Origin: an uncultured Actinomycetota bacterium
GTDB lineage: Bacteria; Actinomycetota; Actinomycetes; JAHEKZ01
DNA length: 64,000 bases
Direction: 5' to 3'
NCBI GenBank assembly: GCA_963743915.1
Contig: CAVURN010000001.1
Coordinates: 576,001 to 640,000 of the forward strand
Positions 10,102 to 20,363 of this stretch are shown here, piece by piece. Under the pieces are notes generated by a model. The model saw only the letters and a program-made list of their open reading frames with translations. It was not told where the DNA came from and made no database searches. A program made the translations under genes and the position numbers. Positions within the stretch are counted from its first letter, which is position 1. Every line of letters starts with the position of its first letter.

Positions 10102-10716
10102 ATGGGGTCCAACGCCCAGCGTCGCCGCGAGGCGCGTGAGCAGAAGGTGTCCGAGCTGCGGCAGCAGGAGCGGGCCCGCGAACGACGCTCGTCCACGTTG
10201 CTGTCGGCCGGGCTCGTCATCGTGGTGGTGCTGGCGTTCGGCGGCGTCTGGTGGGCCGTGCAGGCTGGAACCGAGGACCCGACGCCGGGGGCACTCGAGG
10301 ACGTCGCTGCCTACGAGTACGAACCGAGCAAACACACCGACCAGCCCGTGGACTATGCAGAGAGTCCGCCGGTGGGCGGGGAGCACAACCCGTTCTGGCT
10401 CGCCTGCGACTTCTACGACGAGCCGGTGCCCGACGAGAAGGCCGTGCACTCCCTCGAGCACGGTGCGGTCTGGGTCACCTACGACCCGGGGCTGCCGGAC
10501 GGTGAGATCGAGGCCCTGAAGGACCGTCTCGACAAGAACTACCTGCTCCTCTCGCCCTACGAGGGCCAGGAGGCCCCCGTCGTCGCCACGGCCTGGAACC
10601 ACCAGCTCGCGCTGGACGGCGTCGACGACCCGCGGCTCGACGACTTCGTGAACGAGTTCCGCCAAGGACCGCAGACGCCGGAACCCGGCGCGTCCTGCGA
10701 GGACCCCCGGGCCTGA
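10102..10716 (+). CDS. DUF3105 domain membrane-anchored protein (copy 1)
   Basis: AAGGAG RBS; basic N-terminus + TM; SPPVGGEH, AVHSLEHGAVWVTY, TAW, QGPQTPEPGASC. Confidence 0.85.
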   Translation: MGSNAQRRREAREQKVSELRQQERARERRSSTLLSAGLVIVVVLAFGGVWWAVQAGTEDPTPGALEDVAAYEYEPSKHTDQPVDYAESPPVGGEHNPFWLACDFYDEPVPDEKAVHSLEHGAVWVTYDPGLPDGEIEALKDRLDKNYLLLSPYEGQEAPVVATAWNHQLALDGVDDPRLDDFVNEFRQGPQTPEPGASCEDPRA

Positions 10717-10761
10717 CCGGCGCGCGAGCCGGCTTGCCGATGCCGGACCGTTACCGCAGTT

Positions 10762-10785
10762 TTCACTGAATGGTCGACCAGTGAA
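10762..10785. promoter_or_regulatory. Palindromic operator-like site upstream of GcvT-family gene
   Basis: TTCACTG-N10-CAGTGAA inverted repeat overlapping a perfect TGGTCGACCA palindrome (10771-10780) in an AT-richer spacer. Confidence 0.5.
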
Positions 10786-10808
10786 CGCGGACGTGGCAGG
10801 CTGCCTCC

Positions 10809-13322
10809 ATGTCTCTCGACTTCGCTGACATCAACCCAGCCGCTGCCAAGGCCGCCGACACCTCGTCGTCTGCCGATCTGCCGTCCCGAGCCCAGTACGT
10901 GGTGGTCGGGGGCGGGGTCATCGGCACCTCGATCGCCTACCACCTGGCCACCATGGGGGCCACCGACGTCGTGCTGCTGGAGCGCAAGCAGCTGACGTCC
11001 GGCACGACGTGGCACGCCGCGGGGGAGGTGGTCTCCGGAGGCGCGTCGGAGGACCCGCTGTGGATGGCGCGGTACTCCCGCGACCTGTACACCCGGCTCG
11101 AGGAGGAGACCGGCCTGTCGACCGGCTTCAAGCAGGTCGGCTACCTGCAGCTGGCCACGACCGAGCGGCGCGACGAGGCGTACCGGCGGGAGACCGCGTA
11201 CATGCGCTCCACCGGCGTGGACAAGCAGATTCTCTCGCCGAAGGAGATTCTCGACATCGTCCCGATGATGAAGGTCGACGACGTCATCCACGGCTTCTGG
11301 ACGCCGGACGAGGGTCGCGCCAACCCGGTCGACGTGACCATGTCGTTGGCCAAGGGTGCGAAGCAGAAAGGGGTCCGGATCTTCGAGGAGACCGAGGTCA
11401 CCGGCTTCGACGTCTCCGACGGACGGATCCGCGGCGTCCAGACCGAGCGCGGCACCATCGAGTGCGAGAAGGTCGTGCTGGCCGCGGGCCTGTGGGGCCG
11501 CGAGCTTGCGGCGAAAGCAGGCGTCCTGGTGCCGCTGCAGGCGGCGGAGCACTATTACCTGCTCACGGAGCCGATCGAGGGCGTCACGCCGGAGAACGTC
11601 CCCGTGATCGAGGACCCGGAGGCGTACGGCTACTACCGGGAAGAGGGCGGCGGCCTGCTGGTCGGCATGTTCGAGCCGGTCGGGGCCGCCTGGTCGCTCG
11701 ACGGCACGCCCAAGGACTCGGCCTTCGCGGTGCTGCCGCCGGACTGGGACCGGCTCGGTCCCTTCCTCGAGAAGGCGATGCAGCGCTTCCCGGCGCTCGA
11801 GGACGCCGGCATCCGCACGCTCTTCTGCGGCCCCGAGAGCTTCACCGACGACATCTCACCGATGCTCGGCGAGTCGCCGGAGGTCGAGGGGTTCTACCTC
11901 GCGTGCGGCCTGAACTCGGTCGGCATCCTCATGGGCGGTGGCCTCGGCCACGTCATGGCCCAGTGGATGATCGAGGACTACCCGCCGATCGACCTCACCG
12001 AGGTGGCGGTCGACCGCACGCACGAGTTCCAGGCGACGCGGCTGTTCCGCAAGGAGCGCACCGTCGAACGGCTCGGCTTCCTGCTCAACGACCTGTCGTG
12101 GCCCAACGCGATGCCGAAGCAGGGGCGCAACGTCCGCCGTGGCCCGTTCCACGATCAGCACGTCGCTGACGGCGCGTACCTGGTTGCCAGCAACGGCTGG
12201 GAGTACCCCGAGTTCTTCGCCGGCCCCGGCACAACCCCGACAGTCGAGTGGGGGTTCAAGCGCGGTTTGGCGTTCGAGCGCACCGGCGTCGAGCACCTCA
12301 ACACCCGCGAGAACGTCGGCGCCATGGACATGACGATGATGTCGAACTACTTGGTGCAGGGCCCGCACGCGATGCAGGTGCTGAACCGGGTGTGCGCGAA
12401 CAACATCGACACCGCCGTCGGCCGTGTCGTCTACACCCAGTGGCTGGACGAGCGCGGCGGGATCATCGCCGACGTGACGGTGACGCGCCAAGCCGACGAC
12501 CAGTTCATGGTCATCAGCGCCGACAACGTGCACCGGCGACTCCCCGCCTGGATCCGCCGACACACCAGCGAGGGCGAGTTCCTGACGGTCACCGACGTCA
12601 CCAGCGGCTTGGCGCTGCTGACCGTCCAGGGCCCGAAGTCGCGCGAGCTGCTGCAGCGCCTGTCGCCCAACGACTGGTCGAACGAGGCGTTCCCGTTCCT
12701 CACCGCGCAGAAGGTCGAGCTGGGCTACACCCCGCTGTGGGCGCTGCGCGTCACCTATGTCGGTGAGCTGGGCTGGGACCTGCTCATCCCGACCGAGTTC
12801 GGCGCCACCTTGTACGACCAGATCAAGGAGGCCGGCTCCGACCTGGGGTTCATGCCGACGGGTGTCGGCGCACTCTCGACGATGCGCATGGAGAAGTCGT
12901 ACCGCGACATGGGCCACGACATCGACTCGACGGACACCCCGCTGGAGGCTGGTCTCGGATTCGCCGTGGCCTGGGACAAGCCCGGAGGGTTTGTCGGTCG
13001 CGAGGCCCTGCTCAAGCAGAAGGAGGCCGGGCCTTTGAAGAAGCGGTTGGTCAACGTGCTGCTCCAGTCGCCGGAGCACGACCTCATCGGCGCCGAGCCG
13101 ATCTTCATGGACGGGGTTCCGCTCGGCTCGCTCCGCGTCGGTGCGTTCGGCTACACGCTGGGCGCGGCCTGCGGGATCGCCGACATCGAACGCGAGGAGG
13201 GCTTCACGGCCGCTGACATCAACGCCGGCAGCTTCGAGGTCGACATCGCCGGGACGCGGGTTCCGGTCAAGGCGTCTCTGAAGCCGCTCTTCGACGCGGA
13301 GCGCACCCGTCCGCTGTCGTAG
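10809..13322 (+). CDS. GcvT-family FAD-dependent dehydrogenase (dimethylglycine/sarcosine dehydrogenase-like)
   Basis: VVGGGVIG, SGTTWHAAG covalent-FAD His motif, GPESFT, RVTYVGELGW and MRMEKSY folate-binding GcvT domain; 837 aa. Confidence 0.9.
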   Translation: MSLDFADINPAAAKAADTSSSADLPSRAQYVVVGGGVIGTSIAYHLATMGATDVVLLERKQLTSGTTWHAAGEVVSGGASEDPLWMARYSRDLYTRLEEETGLSTGFKQVGYLQLATTERRDEAYRRETAYMRSTGVDKQILSPKEILDIVPMMKVDDVIHGFWTPDEGRANPVDVTMSLAKGAKQKGVRIFEETEVTGFDVSDGRIRGVQTERGTIECEKVVLAAGLWGRELAAKAGVLVPLQAAEHYYLLTEPIEGVTPENVPVIEDPEAYGYYREEGGGLLVGMFEPVGAAWSLDGTPKDSAFAVLPPDWDRLGPFLEKAMQRFPALEDAGIRTLFCGPESFTDDISPMLGESPEVEGFYLACGLNSVGILMGGGLGHVMAQWMIEDYPPIDLTEVAVDRTHEFQATRLFRKERTVERLGFLLNDLSWPNAMPKQGRNVRRGPFHDQHVADGAYLVASNGWEYPEFFAGPGTTPTVEWGFKRGLAFERTGVEHLNTRENVGAMDMTMMSNYLVQGPHAMQVLNRVCANNIDTAVGRVVYTQWLDERGGIIADVTVTRQADDQFMVISADNVHRRLPAWIRRHTSEGEFLTVTDVTSGLALLTVQGPKSRELLQRLSPNDWSNEAFPFLTAQKVELGYTPLWALRVTYVGELGWDLLIPTEFGATLYDQIKEAGSDLGFMPTGVGALSTMRMEKSYRDMGHDIDSTDTPLEAGLGFAVAWDKPGGFVGREALLKQKEAGPLKKRLVNVLLQSPEHDLIGAEPIFMDGVPLGSLRVGAFGYTLGAACGIADIEREEGFTAADINAGSFEVDIAGTRVPVKASLKPLFDAERTRPLS

Positions 13323-13389
13323 GGCCCCGACACGGCCGAGCGCCGTGGCGGTGTCCCGAGCACGCTCCTGTCCGTGGTTCCATCGACGC

Positions 13390-13932
13390 ATGCACCTTCG
13401 TCGCACCACCGTGTCGCTCGCCCTTGCCCTCGCGTGCACAGCGCTGGTCTCCTGCGGGTCGGACGCGCCGGCCGCGCCTTCGGCGTCCGACACCGACATC
13501 GACGGCGTCCAGACGTACACCGACCTGTCCCGGGAGCACACCACCGACGCCGTCGACTACCCGCAGAGCCCACCCGTCGGCGGGGACCACGACCCGCAGT
13601 GGGTCGACTGCACGGGGACGGTGTACCCCGAGCCGCTGCGTGACGAGAACGCCGTGCACGCCCTCGAGCACGGAGCGGTGTGGGTCACCTACGACGACAG
13701 TCTCTCGGCCGACGACGTGTCCGCACTCGCAGCGAAGGTGGACGGTGCGCCGTACACCTTCATGAGCCCGTACCCGGGGCAGTCGTCACCCGTGGTGCTG
13801 ACGGCCTGGGGCGTCCAGCTCGGCGTCGACGACACGACGGACCCCCGCATCGACGAGTTCCTCACCGCGTACCGACAGGGCCCCCAGACACCCGAGCCGG
13901 GTGCCACCTGTGAGGCGGGGGAGATGTCGTGA
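13390..13932 (+). CDS. DUF3105 domain lipoprotein (copy 2)
   Basis: Signal with ALVSC lipobox; SPPVGGDH, AVHALEHGAVWVTY, TAWG, QGPQTPEPGATC. Confidence 0.85.
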   Translation: MHLRRTTVSLALALACTALVSCGSDAPAAPSASDTDIDGVQTYTDLSREHTTDAVDYPQSPPVGGDHDPQWVDCTGTVYPEPLRDENAVHALEHGAVWVTYDDSLSADDVSALAAKVDGAPYTFMSPYPGQSSPVVLTAWGVQLGVDDTTDPRIDEFLTAYRQGPQTPEPGATCEAGEMS

Positions 13933-14538
13933 AGCTGGTGACCACCGCCGTGGCGGCGGTGGCCGCCCTCGTGCTGGGCGCGGTGCTGGGGATCCTGCTC
14001 GGGGGAGAGACGGAGCCGGGCGACACGTCCCCGGAGGCCGGGTTCGCGCGGGACATGTCCGTGCACCACGCGCAGGCGGTCGAGCTGGCCTTCTTGGTGC
14101 GGGACCGCACGGACGACCCGGAGGTGCGAACGATGGCGTACGACATCATCAACACCCAGCGCGCCCAGCTCGGGATGTTCAGCGGGTGGCTGCAGCAGTG
14201 GGACCTCCCGCAGACCTCGGACGCGGCGCCGATGGCATGGACGGACGCGCCGCACGGCATGGACGGCATGGGCAGCATGGAGGTCGAGTCTTACGACGAC
14301 ATGCCGGGCATGGCGTCCGACGCGGACGTGGAGCGACTGCGTCAGGCTGAATGGTGTCGCGGCCGAGGTCGTCTTCCTCGAGCTGATGGTCGAGCACCAC
14401 ACCGGTGGCGTGGAGATGGCCGAGGCGGTGCTGCCGCTCACCGACCGCAGTGAGGTCGACTACCTGGCCCAGACGATCGTCGACGGGCAGTCCGCGGAGA
14501 TCGCCACCATGGAGCAGATGCTCGCCGACCGCACCTGA
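13929..14538 (+). CDS. DUF305 (CopM-like ferritin-fold) protein (frameshift near 14350)
   Basis: FARDMSVHHAQAVE, MPGMAS; second frame FLELMVEHHTGGVEMA...QSAEIATM. Confidence 0.85.
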
Positions 14539-14600
14539 CCCCCTGCAGCGAGTGTGCCGCTGGCGGCCTTGACCTCACCCAGGGGGACACTCGGCGGGAG

Positions 14601-15990
14601 TCAGTGGCCGGTGAGGAGGGAGAGGGCCTTGTCCAGGACGCCGGCGTGGCGCCCGGTGCGCTCCTCGCGACGGTCCACCCAGTCGGCGAGCCGGAAGCCG
14701 GAGTTGATGCCGACGAAGCGCAGCGGCTCGGGCTCGAAGTCGCGCGACCGGTGTCCCACCCACGGCAGGGCGGTGAGGTCCGACTCGGTCCCGGTGATGA
14801 GGTCGGTGAGCGTGCGACCGGCGAGGTTGGTCAGCGTGACGCCGTCGCCGGCGTAGCCGCCCGCGGTCGCCAGCCCGGTGACCCGGTCGTGGTGCACCGA
14901 CGCGAACCAGTCGCGGGGAACGCCCAGCACCCCTCCCCATCGATGGGTGACGGCGACGTCGGCGAGCGCGGGAAAGAGCTCGACCAGCGAGCGCCGCAGC
15001 GCGTCGTGGACGCCGCGCGGGTGCTCGTAGGACGGGTCGATGCTCGATCGCCAGTGGTAGGGCGCACCCCGTCCCCCCAGGGCGATCCGCCCGTCGGCGG
15101 TGCGCTGCGCATAGATGAGGAAGCGTCGGTCGTCGTTGAGGGTCTGGCGGTCCCGCCACCCGATTTCGTCCCACAGCGCGTCCGGCAGTGGCTCGGTGGC
15201 GATCATCAGCGAGTAGATGGGTACGAGGCGGCGGTGGTACTCGCGCAGTGAGGCGGTATATCCCTCCAGCGCCCGCACCACCACCTCGGCCCGGACGTCC
15301 CCGTGCTCGGTTCGGGCGACGCCGGGCTCGATCGCCGTGACGGCCGTGCCCTCATGGATGGTCACTCCAAGGCGTTCGACGACCTCGGCAAGCCCGCGCA
15401 CCATGCGGGCGGGGTGGATGGCTGCGCAGTGCGGCGTGTAGAGGCCGCCGAAGACACCATCGGCGTTGATCTGGTCGCGAGCCTGACGGCGGTCCAGCAG
15501 CCGGAGGTCGTCCTCGGACTGGTCCCACGAGCGTGCGTGCTCGAGGTCACGCTGCAGCCGCTCCCACTGCAGCGGCGAGGTGGCGAGTCGGAGGTAGCCG
15601 CCCTTCGCGTAGTGGCCGTCGATGCCCTCGGCCCCCGCCACCTGCCCCACTTCGTCGACGGACGCGTTGGCGGCACGCTGCATGTCCAGAGCGGCGTCGC
15701 GTGAGGACTCCTGCGGCAACCTGCTCCAGACTCATGGGCAGCAGGCCGGACGCCCATCCGCCGTTGCGCCCGGAGGCGCCGAAGCCGGCGAAGGACTTCT
15801 CCAGGACGACGATGCGCAGCGACGGGTCGCGGCGGGCGAGGTAGTACGCCGTCCACAGTCCGGTGAAACCCGCACCCACGATGGCGACGTCCGCCGTGGT
15901 GTGACCGGCCAGTGCAGGCCGGAGGGTCGCCAGGTCCCCCTCGGGAAGGGTGTCGTGCCAGAACGAGGTCGAGCGCGGGTCGACGTCCAT
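14601..15990 (-). CDS. FAD-dependent oxidoreductase, DAO/PuuB-like amine oxidase family (frameshift near 15710)
   Basis: SFW, DVAIVGAGFTGLWTA, GASGRNGG, HPARMVRGLA, GYAGDGV. Confidence 0.88.
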
Positions 15991-16007
15991 GATCTCCTCA
16001 TGCTTTT

Positions 16008-16028
16008 CGTATCGCCATACGGTATAAC
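16008..16028. promoter_or_regulatory. Putative TetR operator (CGTAT-N4-ATACG) and adjacent -10 box in 45-bp divergent spacer
   Basis: Inverted repeat 16008-16021; TATAAC at 16023-16028, 7 nt before the TetR ATG. Confidence 0.5.
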
Positions 16029-16035
16029 GGAGGCC

Positions 16036-16656
16036 ATGACCGACGTCAAGCGCGGCCGACCGGTGGCCCACGACCGGGACGAGCTGCTGCACGCCGCCCG
16101 CACGGTCGCGGTGGCCCGCGGCTTCGACGCGCTCCGGTTCGCCGACGTGTCCGCGGCCACCGGTGTCCCCGTCAGCTCGCTGCAGTACGCGTTCGGCACG
16201 CGGGACGCACTGGTCCGCGAGGTGCTGCGCTCCGCCGTTGCCGACGAGCTCGGCGCGGCTGAGGGAGGCGATCGACCGCGAGATCGATCCCTGGCGTCGC
16301 ATCGAACGCTTCATCCGCCTCGGGATCTCGATCGAGGACGACCGGAGGCGCGAGGGCTGGTTGCTCTGGATCGAGTACTGGCGTGCGGCCTCGCGCGACC
16401 CGGACCTGCGAGCGGAGTCCTCGGAGATCTCACGTGCCTGGCGAGCACTGCTGACCCGTGCGGTCGAGGACGGCGTCCTGACGGGGCGGTTCACCATCGA
16501 CGGCACACCGGAGGAGGTCGCGGCAGCGCTGGTCGCACTCGTCGACGGACTGTCCCTGCAGGTGGAGGTGGGCGACCGGCGCATGCGGTCGGCCCGGGCC
16601 ATCAAGTCGCGCCACCCGACGCGGCGCGGCGCATCCTCGGGGTGGAGCACCGTTGA
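16036..16656 (+). CDS. TetR/AcrR family regulator with BetI-like C-terminus (frameshifts near 16250 and 16610)
   Basis: GFDALRFADVSAATGVPVSSLQYAFGTRDAL HTH; WLLWIEYWRAASRDP and ALVDGLSLQ in shifted frame. Confidence 0.85.
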   Translation: MTDVKRGRPVAHDRDELLHAARTVAVARGFDALRFADVSAATGVPVSSLQYAFGTRDALVREVLRSAVADELGAAEGGDRPRDRSLASHRTLHPPRDLDRGRPEARGLVALDRVLACGLARPGPASGVLGDLTCLASTADPCGRGRRPDGAVHHRRHTGGGRGSAGRTRRRTVPAGGGGRPAHAVGPGHQVAPPDAARRILGVEHR

Positions 16657-17492
16657 CCGCGATCGTCCTCGCCCTGGTCTCGTCAGTGGCCTACGGGCTG
16701 ACCGACTTCCTCGGTGGCCTCGCTGCGCGCCGCACGCACATCTTCCTGCTGGGGTCGCTGACCCAGCCGCTCGGCCTGGTCGTCCTGCTGCTCCTCGTGC
16801 CGTGGACCGGCGGCGAGCTGAGCCCGGAGGTCTGGTTCTGGGGCCTGGTGTCCGGAATCGGGGGAGCCCTCGCCTACGTGACGCTCTTCCGGGCGCTGGC
16901 CATCGGTCCGATGAGCGTGGCCTCGCCGGTCTCCGCCCTCGTCGCGGTGGTGCTGCCCGTCATCGCGGGGGTGGTGTTCGGTGAGCGCCTGCCGCTGCTG
17001 GGATGGATCGGGATCGCTGTGGGCATGGTCTCGGTGCTGATGGTCAGCCAGGTGCACGAGGACGCGCCGCATCCTGTCAGCCTCAGGGTCCTGCTCCTGT
17101 CCATCGCGGCGGGCGTCTTCATCTCGGTCTTCCTCGTGGCCCTGGAGCGCGCGCCGGAGGACAGCGGCCTCTGGCCACTGGTCGTCGTGCGCATCGTGAC
17201 GTCGACCCTGCTGGTCGGTGCTGCGCTCGCCTCGCGGGTGCTGGCGCGCCCGCCCCGTGACGTCCTGTGGCTCGGTGCCACCTCCACCCTGCTCGACGTC
17301 GCGGCGACGGCCGCCTTCATGCTGGCCACGCGCGAGGGGCTGCTGACGGTGGTCGCGGTGATCACCGCGCTCTACCCGGCTGCCACCGTGATCATGGCGC
17401 GGGTGATGCTCAAGGAGCACCTGCAGGTCCTGCAGCGGGTCGGCCTGGGGCTGGCGGTGGCGTCGGTGACCGTCCTGGCGACCGTGGCGTAG
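16653..17492 (+). CDS. EamA/DMT family transporter
   Basis: About 10 TM helices, YGLTDFLGG, GPMSVASP, ALYPAATV. Confidence 0.85.
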   Translation: MTAIVLALVSSVAYGLTDFLGGLAARRTHIFLLGSLTQPLGLVVLLLLVPWTGGELSPEVWFWGLVSGIGGALAYVTLFRALAIGPMSVASPVSALVAVVLPVIAGVVFGERLPLLGWIGIAVGMVSVLMVSQVHEDAPHPVSLRVLLLSIAAGVFISVFLVALERAPEDSGLWPLVVVRIVTSTLLVGAALASRVLARPPRDVLWLGATSTLLDVAATAAFMLATREGLLTVVAVITALYPAATVIMARVMLKEHLQVLQRVGLGLAVASVTVLATVA

Positions 17493-17535
17493 CCGTGGTG
17501 GTGAAGGTGCGGTCCCATTCAGCCGATGAGGTCCT

Positions 17536-18014
17536 GTGACCCCGCACCCGGCCGTGCGCATCATGGTCGTCGACGACTCCGCGACGATCCGGGACCTGAT
17601 CGCCCTCAACCTCAGCCTGGAGGGGTACGACGTCGTCACCGCCGAGGACGGCGAGGAGTGCCTGCGTCAGCTCGCCGACGTCCTGGAGGGGCGTGCCCCG
17701 CTCCCGCAGCTGCTGATGCTGGACGTCGTCATGCCCGGCCTGGACGGTGTCGAGCTGACCGCGCGACTGAAGGCGACACCGGCCGTGCAGCACATCCCGA
17801 TCCTGATCGTGAGCGCGTCGGCACAACGGCGTGACTTCGAGCTGGCGCAGGGGCGGGCGCCGACGGGTACCTGACCAAGCCGTTCGACCCCGACGAGCTG
17901 CTGGCAGAGGTCGAGCGGCTGTTGGCCCTCGCCCCGACGCCCGAGCGTCGACGCCAGCCCCTGAGAGGATCGACGGCGTGGAGCTCCTCGCCGTCGTCCT
18001 GTCCCTGGTGCTGA
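17536..18014 (+). CDS. Stand-alone response regulator receiver protein (frameshift near 17850; 3' end uncertain)
   Basis: IMVVDD, LDVVMPGLDG, then GADGYLTKPFDPDEL in shifted frame. Confidence 0.8.
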
Positions 18015-18339
18015 CCCTGGCCACCGTTCTGGTCGGCATGGCCAAGGTGCAGCACCTGCCGGCGTCCCAGCAGGTACGCGACGCACGCAGCGGTGTCCGT
18101 CCCGGGTGTGGCTGCTCTCCGGCTGGGTCGAGCTCGTCGCGGCTGCGTGCGTCGTCGTGGGGGTGTTCGCCGTGCATGCGCTCGCAGTGGCGGCAGCGGC
18201 ACTGCTCGCGCTCGACTTCGCCACTCTGGCCCTGCGTCAGTTCACCCGACCGGGTCCCGGCGCGTCTGCCGTGCCTGCCCTTGTGCTGTCGGTGCTCGCC
18301 CTGAGCGTCGTCATCACGATCAGTGTTGCCGGACTGTGA
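17978..18339 (+). CDS. DoxX-like small membrane protein (frameshift near 18090)
   Basis: Hydrophobic N-terminus + GMAKV; GWVELVAA and further TM helices in next frame. Confidence 0.6.
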
Positions 18340-18382
18340 GGGCCGCACGACCGAACCCGGCACCGCTCACTACCCTTGACCA

Positions 18383-20050
18383 ATGACCCCTGCCGAGCTC
18401 TCCACCGCGTTGCTGTCGGCTCTCGACGCCGCGGCGGCTGCCGGTGACCTTCAGCTGCCGGCCGACGGACGCCCGAGCTCGGTCACGGTGGAGCGACCGC
18501 GATCGGCGGAGCACGGTGACTACGCGACGAACCTCGCCCTGCAGCTGGCCAAGACGGTCGGCCGGCCCCCGCGCGAGGTCGCCCAGGTGCTGGCCCCGCA
18601 CATCGCGGCGCTGCCCGGCATCGCCGCTGTCGACATCGCCGGTCCTGGCTTCCTCAACCTCACCCTGGACGCGGCTGCGCAGGGTGAGCTCGCGCGGACG
18701 GTGGTGCACGCAGGTGCCGCGTTCGGGACCAACACGTCGATGTCCGGTCGACGCATCAACCTCGAGTTCGTGTCCGCGAACCCGACCGGGCCGATCCACA
18801 TGGGCGGCACGCGGTGGGCGGCGGTCGGCGACTCGCTGGCCCGGGTGCTGGCGGCGAACGGTGCCGACGTCGAGCGCGAGTACTACTTCAACGACCACGG
18901 TGCGCAGATCGACCGTTTCGCCCGGTCGCTGCTCGCTCGTGCCCGTGGGCGCGAGGTCCCCGAGGACGGCTACGCCGGTCAGTACATCGACGACCTGGCG
19001 GAGCGGATCGCGCGCGAGCACCCCGAAGTCCTGACGCTCGACGACCACGATGCCCAGGAGCAGTTCCGCGCGCACGGCGTGGCGCTGATGTTCGACGAGA
19101 TCAAGCAGAGCCTGTCCGACTTCGGGGTCGAGTTCGACGTGTACTTCCACGAGAACTCGCTCCACGAGTCCGGCGCGGTGCAGCACGCCGTCGACCGGCT
19201 GCGCGAGCTCGGACACATCTACGAGCAGGACGGCGCGGTCTGGCTCCGCACCACGACATTCGGTGACGACAAGGACCGCGTCGTCATCAAGAGTGACGGC
19301 AACGCCGCCTACATCTCCGGCGACCTCGCCTACTACCTCGACAAGCGCGAGCGTGGGTTCGACCAGGTCATCATCATGCTGGGAGCGGACCATCACGGCT
19401 ATGTCGGTCGGATGATGGCGATGTGCCAGTGCTTCGGCGATGTCCCGCACGAGAACCTCGAGATCCTCATCGGTCAGATGGTCAACCTCATGCGCGAGGG
19501 TCAGCCGCTGCGCATGAGCAAACGTGCGGGCACGGTGGTGACGATGGAGGACCTCGTCGACGCCGTTGGTGTGGACGCGGCACGCTACGCACTCGCGCGC
19601 TCCAGTGCCGACTCCAGCATCGACATCGACCTCGACCTGCTCGCTCGGAAGACCAACGACAACCCGGTCTTCTACGTCCAGTACGCGCACGCACGCATCT
19701 CGTCGCTGCTCCGCAATGCCGCTGACCTCGGGTTGACCGTCGACCTCGACTCCTTCGACCCTTCCCTGCTCACGGACGAGCGTGAGGGCGACCTGCTGGG
19801 GGCGATCGGTGAGTTCCCGCGGGTCGTGGCGAGCGCGGGTGAGCTGCGCGAGCCGCACCGGGTCGCGCGGTACCTCGAGGGGCTGGCCACCGCGTACCAC
19901 AAGTTCTACGACTCGTGCCGGGTGCTGCCCCGGGGTGACGAGGAGCCGGCGCCGATCCACAGCGCGCGACTGGTTCTCTGCTCCGCGACGCGTCAGGTCA
20001 TCGCCAACGGACTCGCGCTGATCGGCGTCTCGGCACCGGAGCGGATGTAG
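18383..20050 (+). CDS. argS: Arginine--tRNA ligase
   Basis: [48 protein letters not shown]. Confidence 0.98.
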   Translation: MTPAELSTALLSALDAAAAAGDLQLPADGRPSSVTVERPRSAEHGDYATNLALQLAKTVGRPPREVAQVLAPHIAALPGIAAVDIAGPGFLNLTLDAAAQGELARTVVHAGAAFGTNTSMSGRRINLEFVSANPTGPIHMGGTRWAAVGDSLARVLAANGADVEREYYFNDHGAQIDRFARSLLARARGREVPEDGYAGQYIDDLAERIAREHPEVLTLDDHDAQEQFRAHGVALMFDEIKQSLSDFGVEFDVYFHENSLHESGAVQHAVDRLRELGHIYEQDGAVWLRTTTFGDDKDRVVIKSDGNAAYISGDLAYYLDKRERGFDQVIIMLGADHHGYVGRMMAMCQCFGDVPHENLEILIGQMVNLMREGQPLRMSKRAGTVVTMEDLVDAVGVDAARYALARSSADSSIDIDLDLLARKTNDNPVFYVQYAHARISSLLRNAADLGLTVDLDSFDPSLLTDEREGDLLGAIGEFPRVVASAGELREPHRVARYLEGLATAYHKFYDSCRVLPRGDEEPAPIHSARLVLCSATRQVIANGLALIGVSAPERM

Positions 20051-20055
20051 TCGTC

Positions 20056-20319
20056 ATGGCTGAGCCGGCACGGCGCGTGAAGGTGACTCCCACGATGATC
20101 CTGTGGATCGCGCTGGCCCTGCTGGCCGTCGTCCTGGTGCTCCAGAACTCGGCCGACACCACGATCCAGGTTCTCGGCTGGACCATCCAGGCGCCGCTCT
20201 TCGTGGTGCTTGTGGCCGCCATGCTGATCGGATGGGGACTCGGGATCCTCGGTACGCAGGCGTGGTCCTGGCGCAGGCGTCGGATCACGCGTCGTGAGGG
20301 TGACGCGACCGAGTCCTGA
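20056..20319 (+). CDS. LapA/DUF1049 family small membrane protein
   Basis: TM-LQN-...-TM architecture, 87 aa. Confidence 0.7.
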   Translation: MAEPARRVKVTPTMILWIALALLAVVLVLQNSADTTIQVLGWTIQAPLFVVLVAAMLIGWGLGILGTQAWSWRRRRITRREGDATES

Positions 20320-20363
20320 GGGACCGCACTACTCTCGTCGCTCCACCACACGAGGAGTCAGCG

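Noticed and set aside
9058-18382. Possible genomic island at tRNA-Arg(CCG)
   Set aside because: No integrase, no duplicated tRNA 3' end seen, and composition matches the host
20320-20363. Lysine riboswitch or T-box before lysA/argS/hom
   Set aside because: Spacers are too short (under 50 nt) and lack the consensus elements
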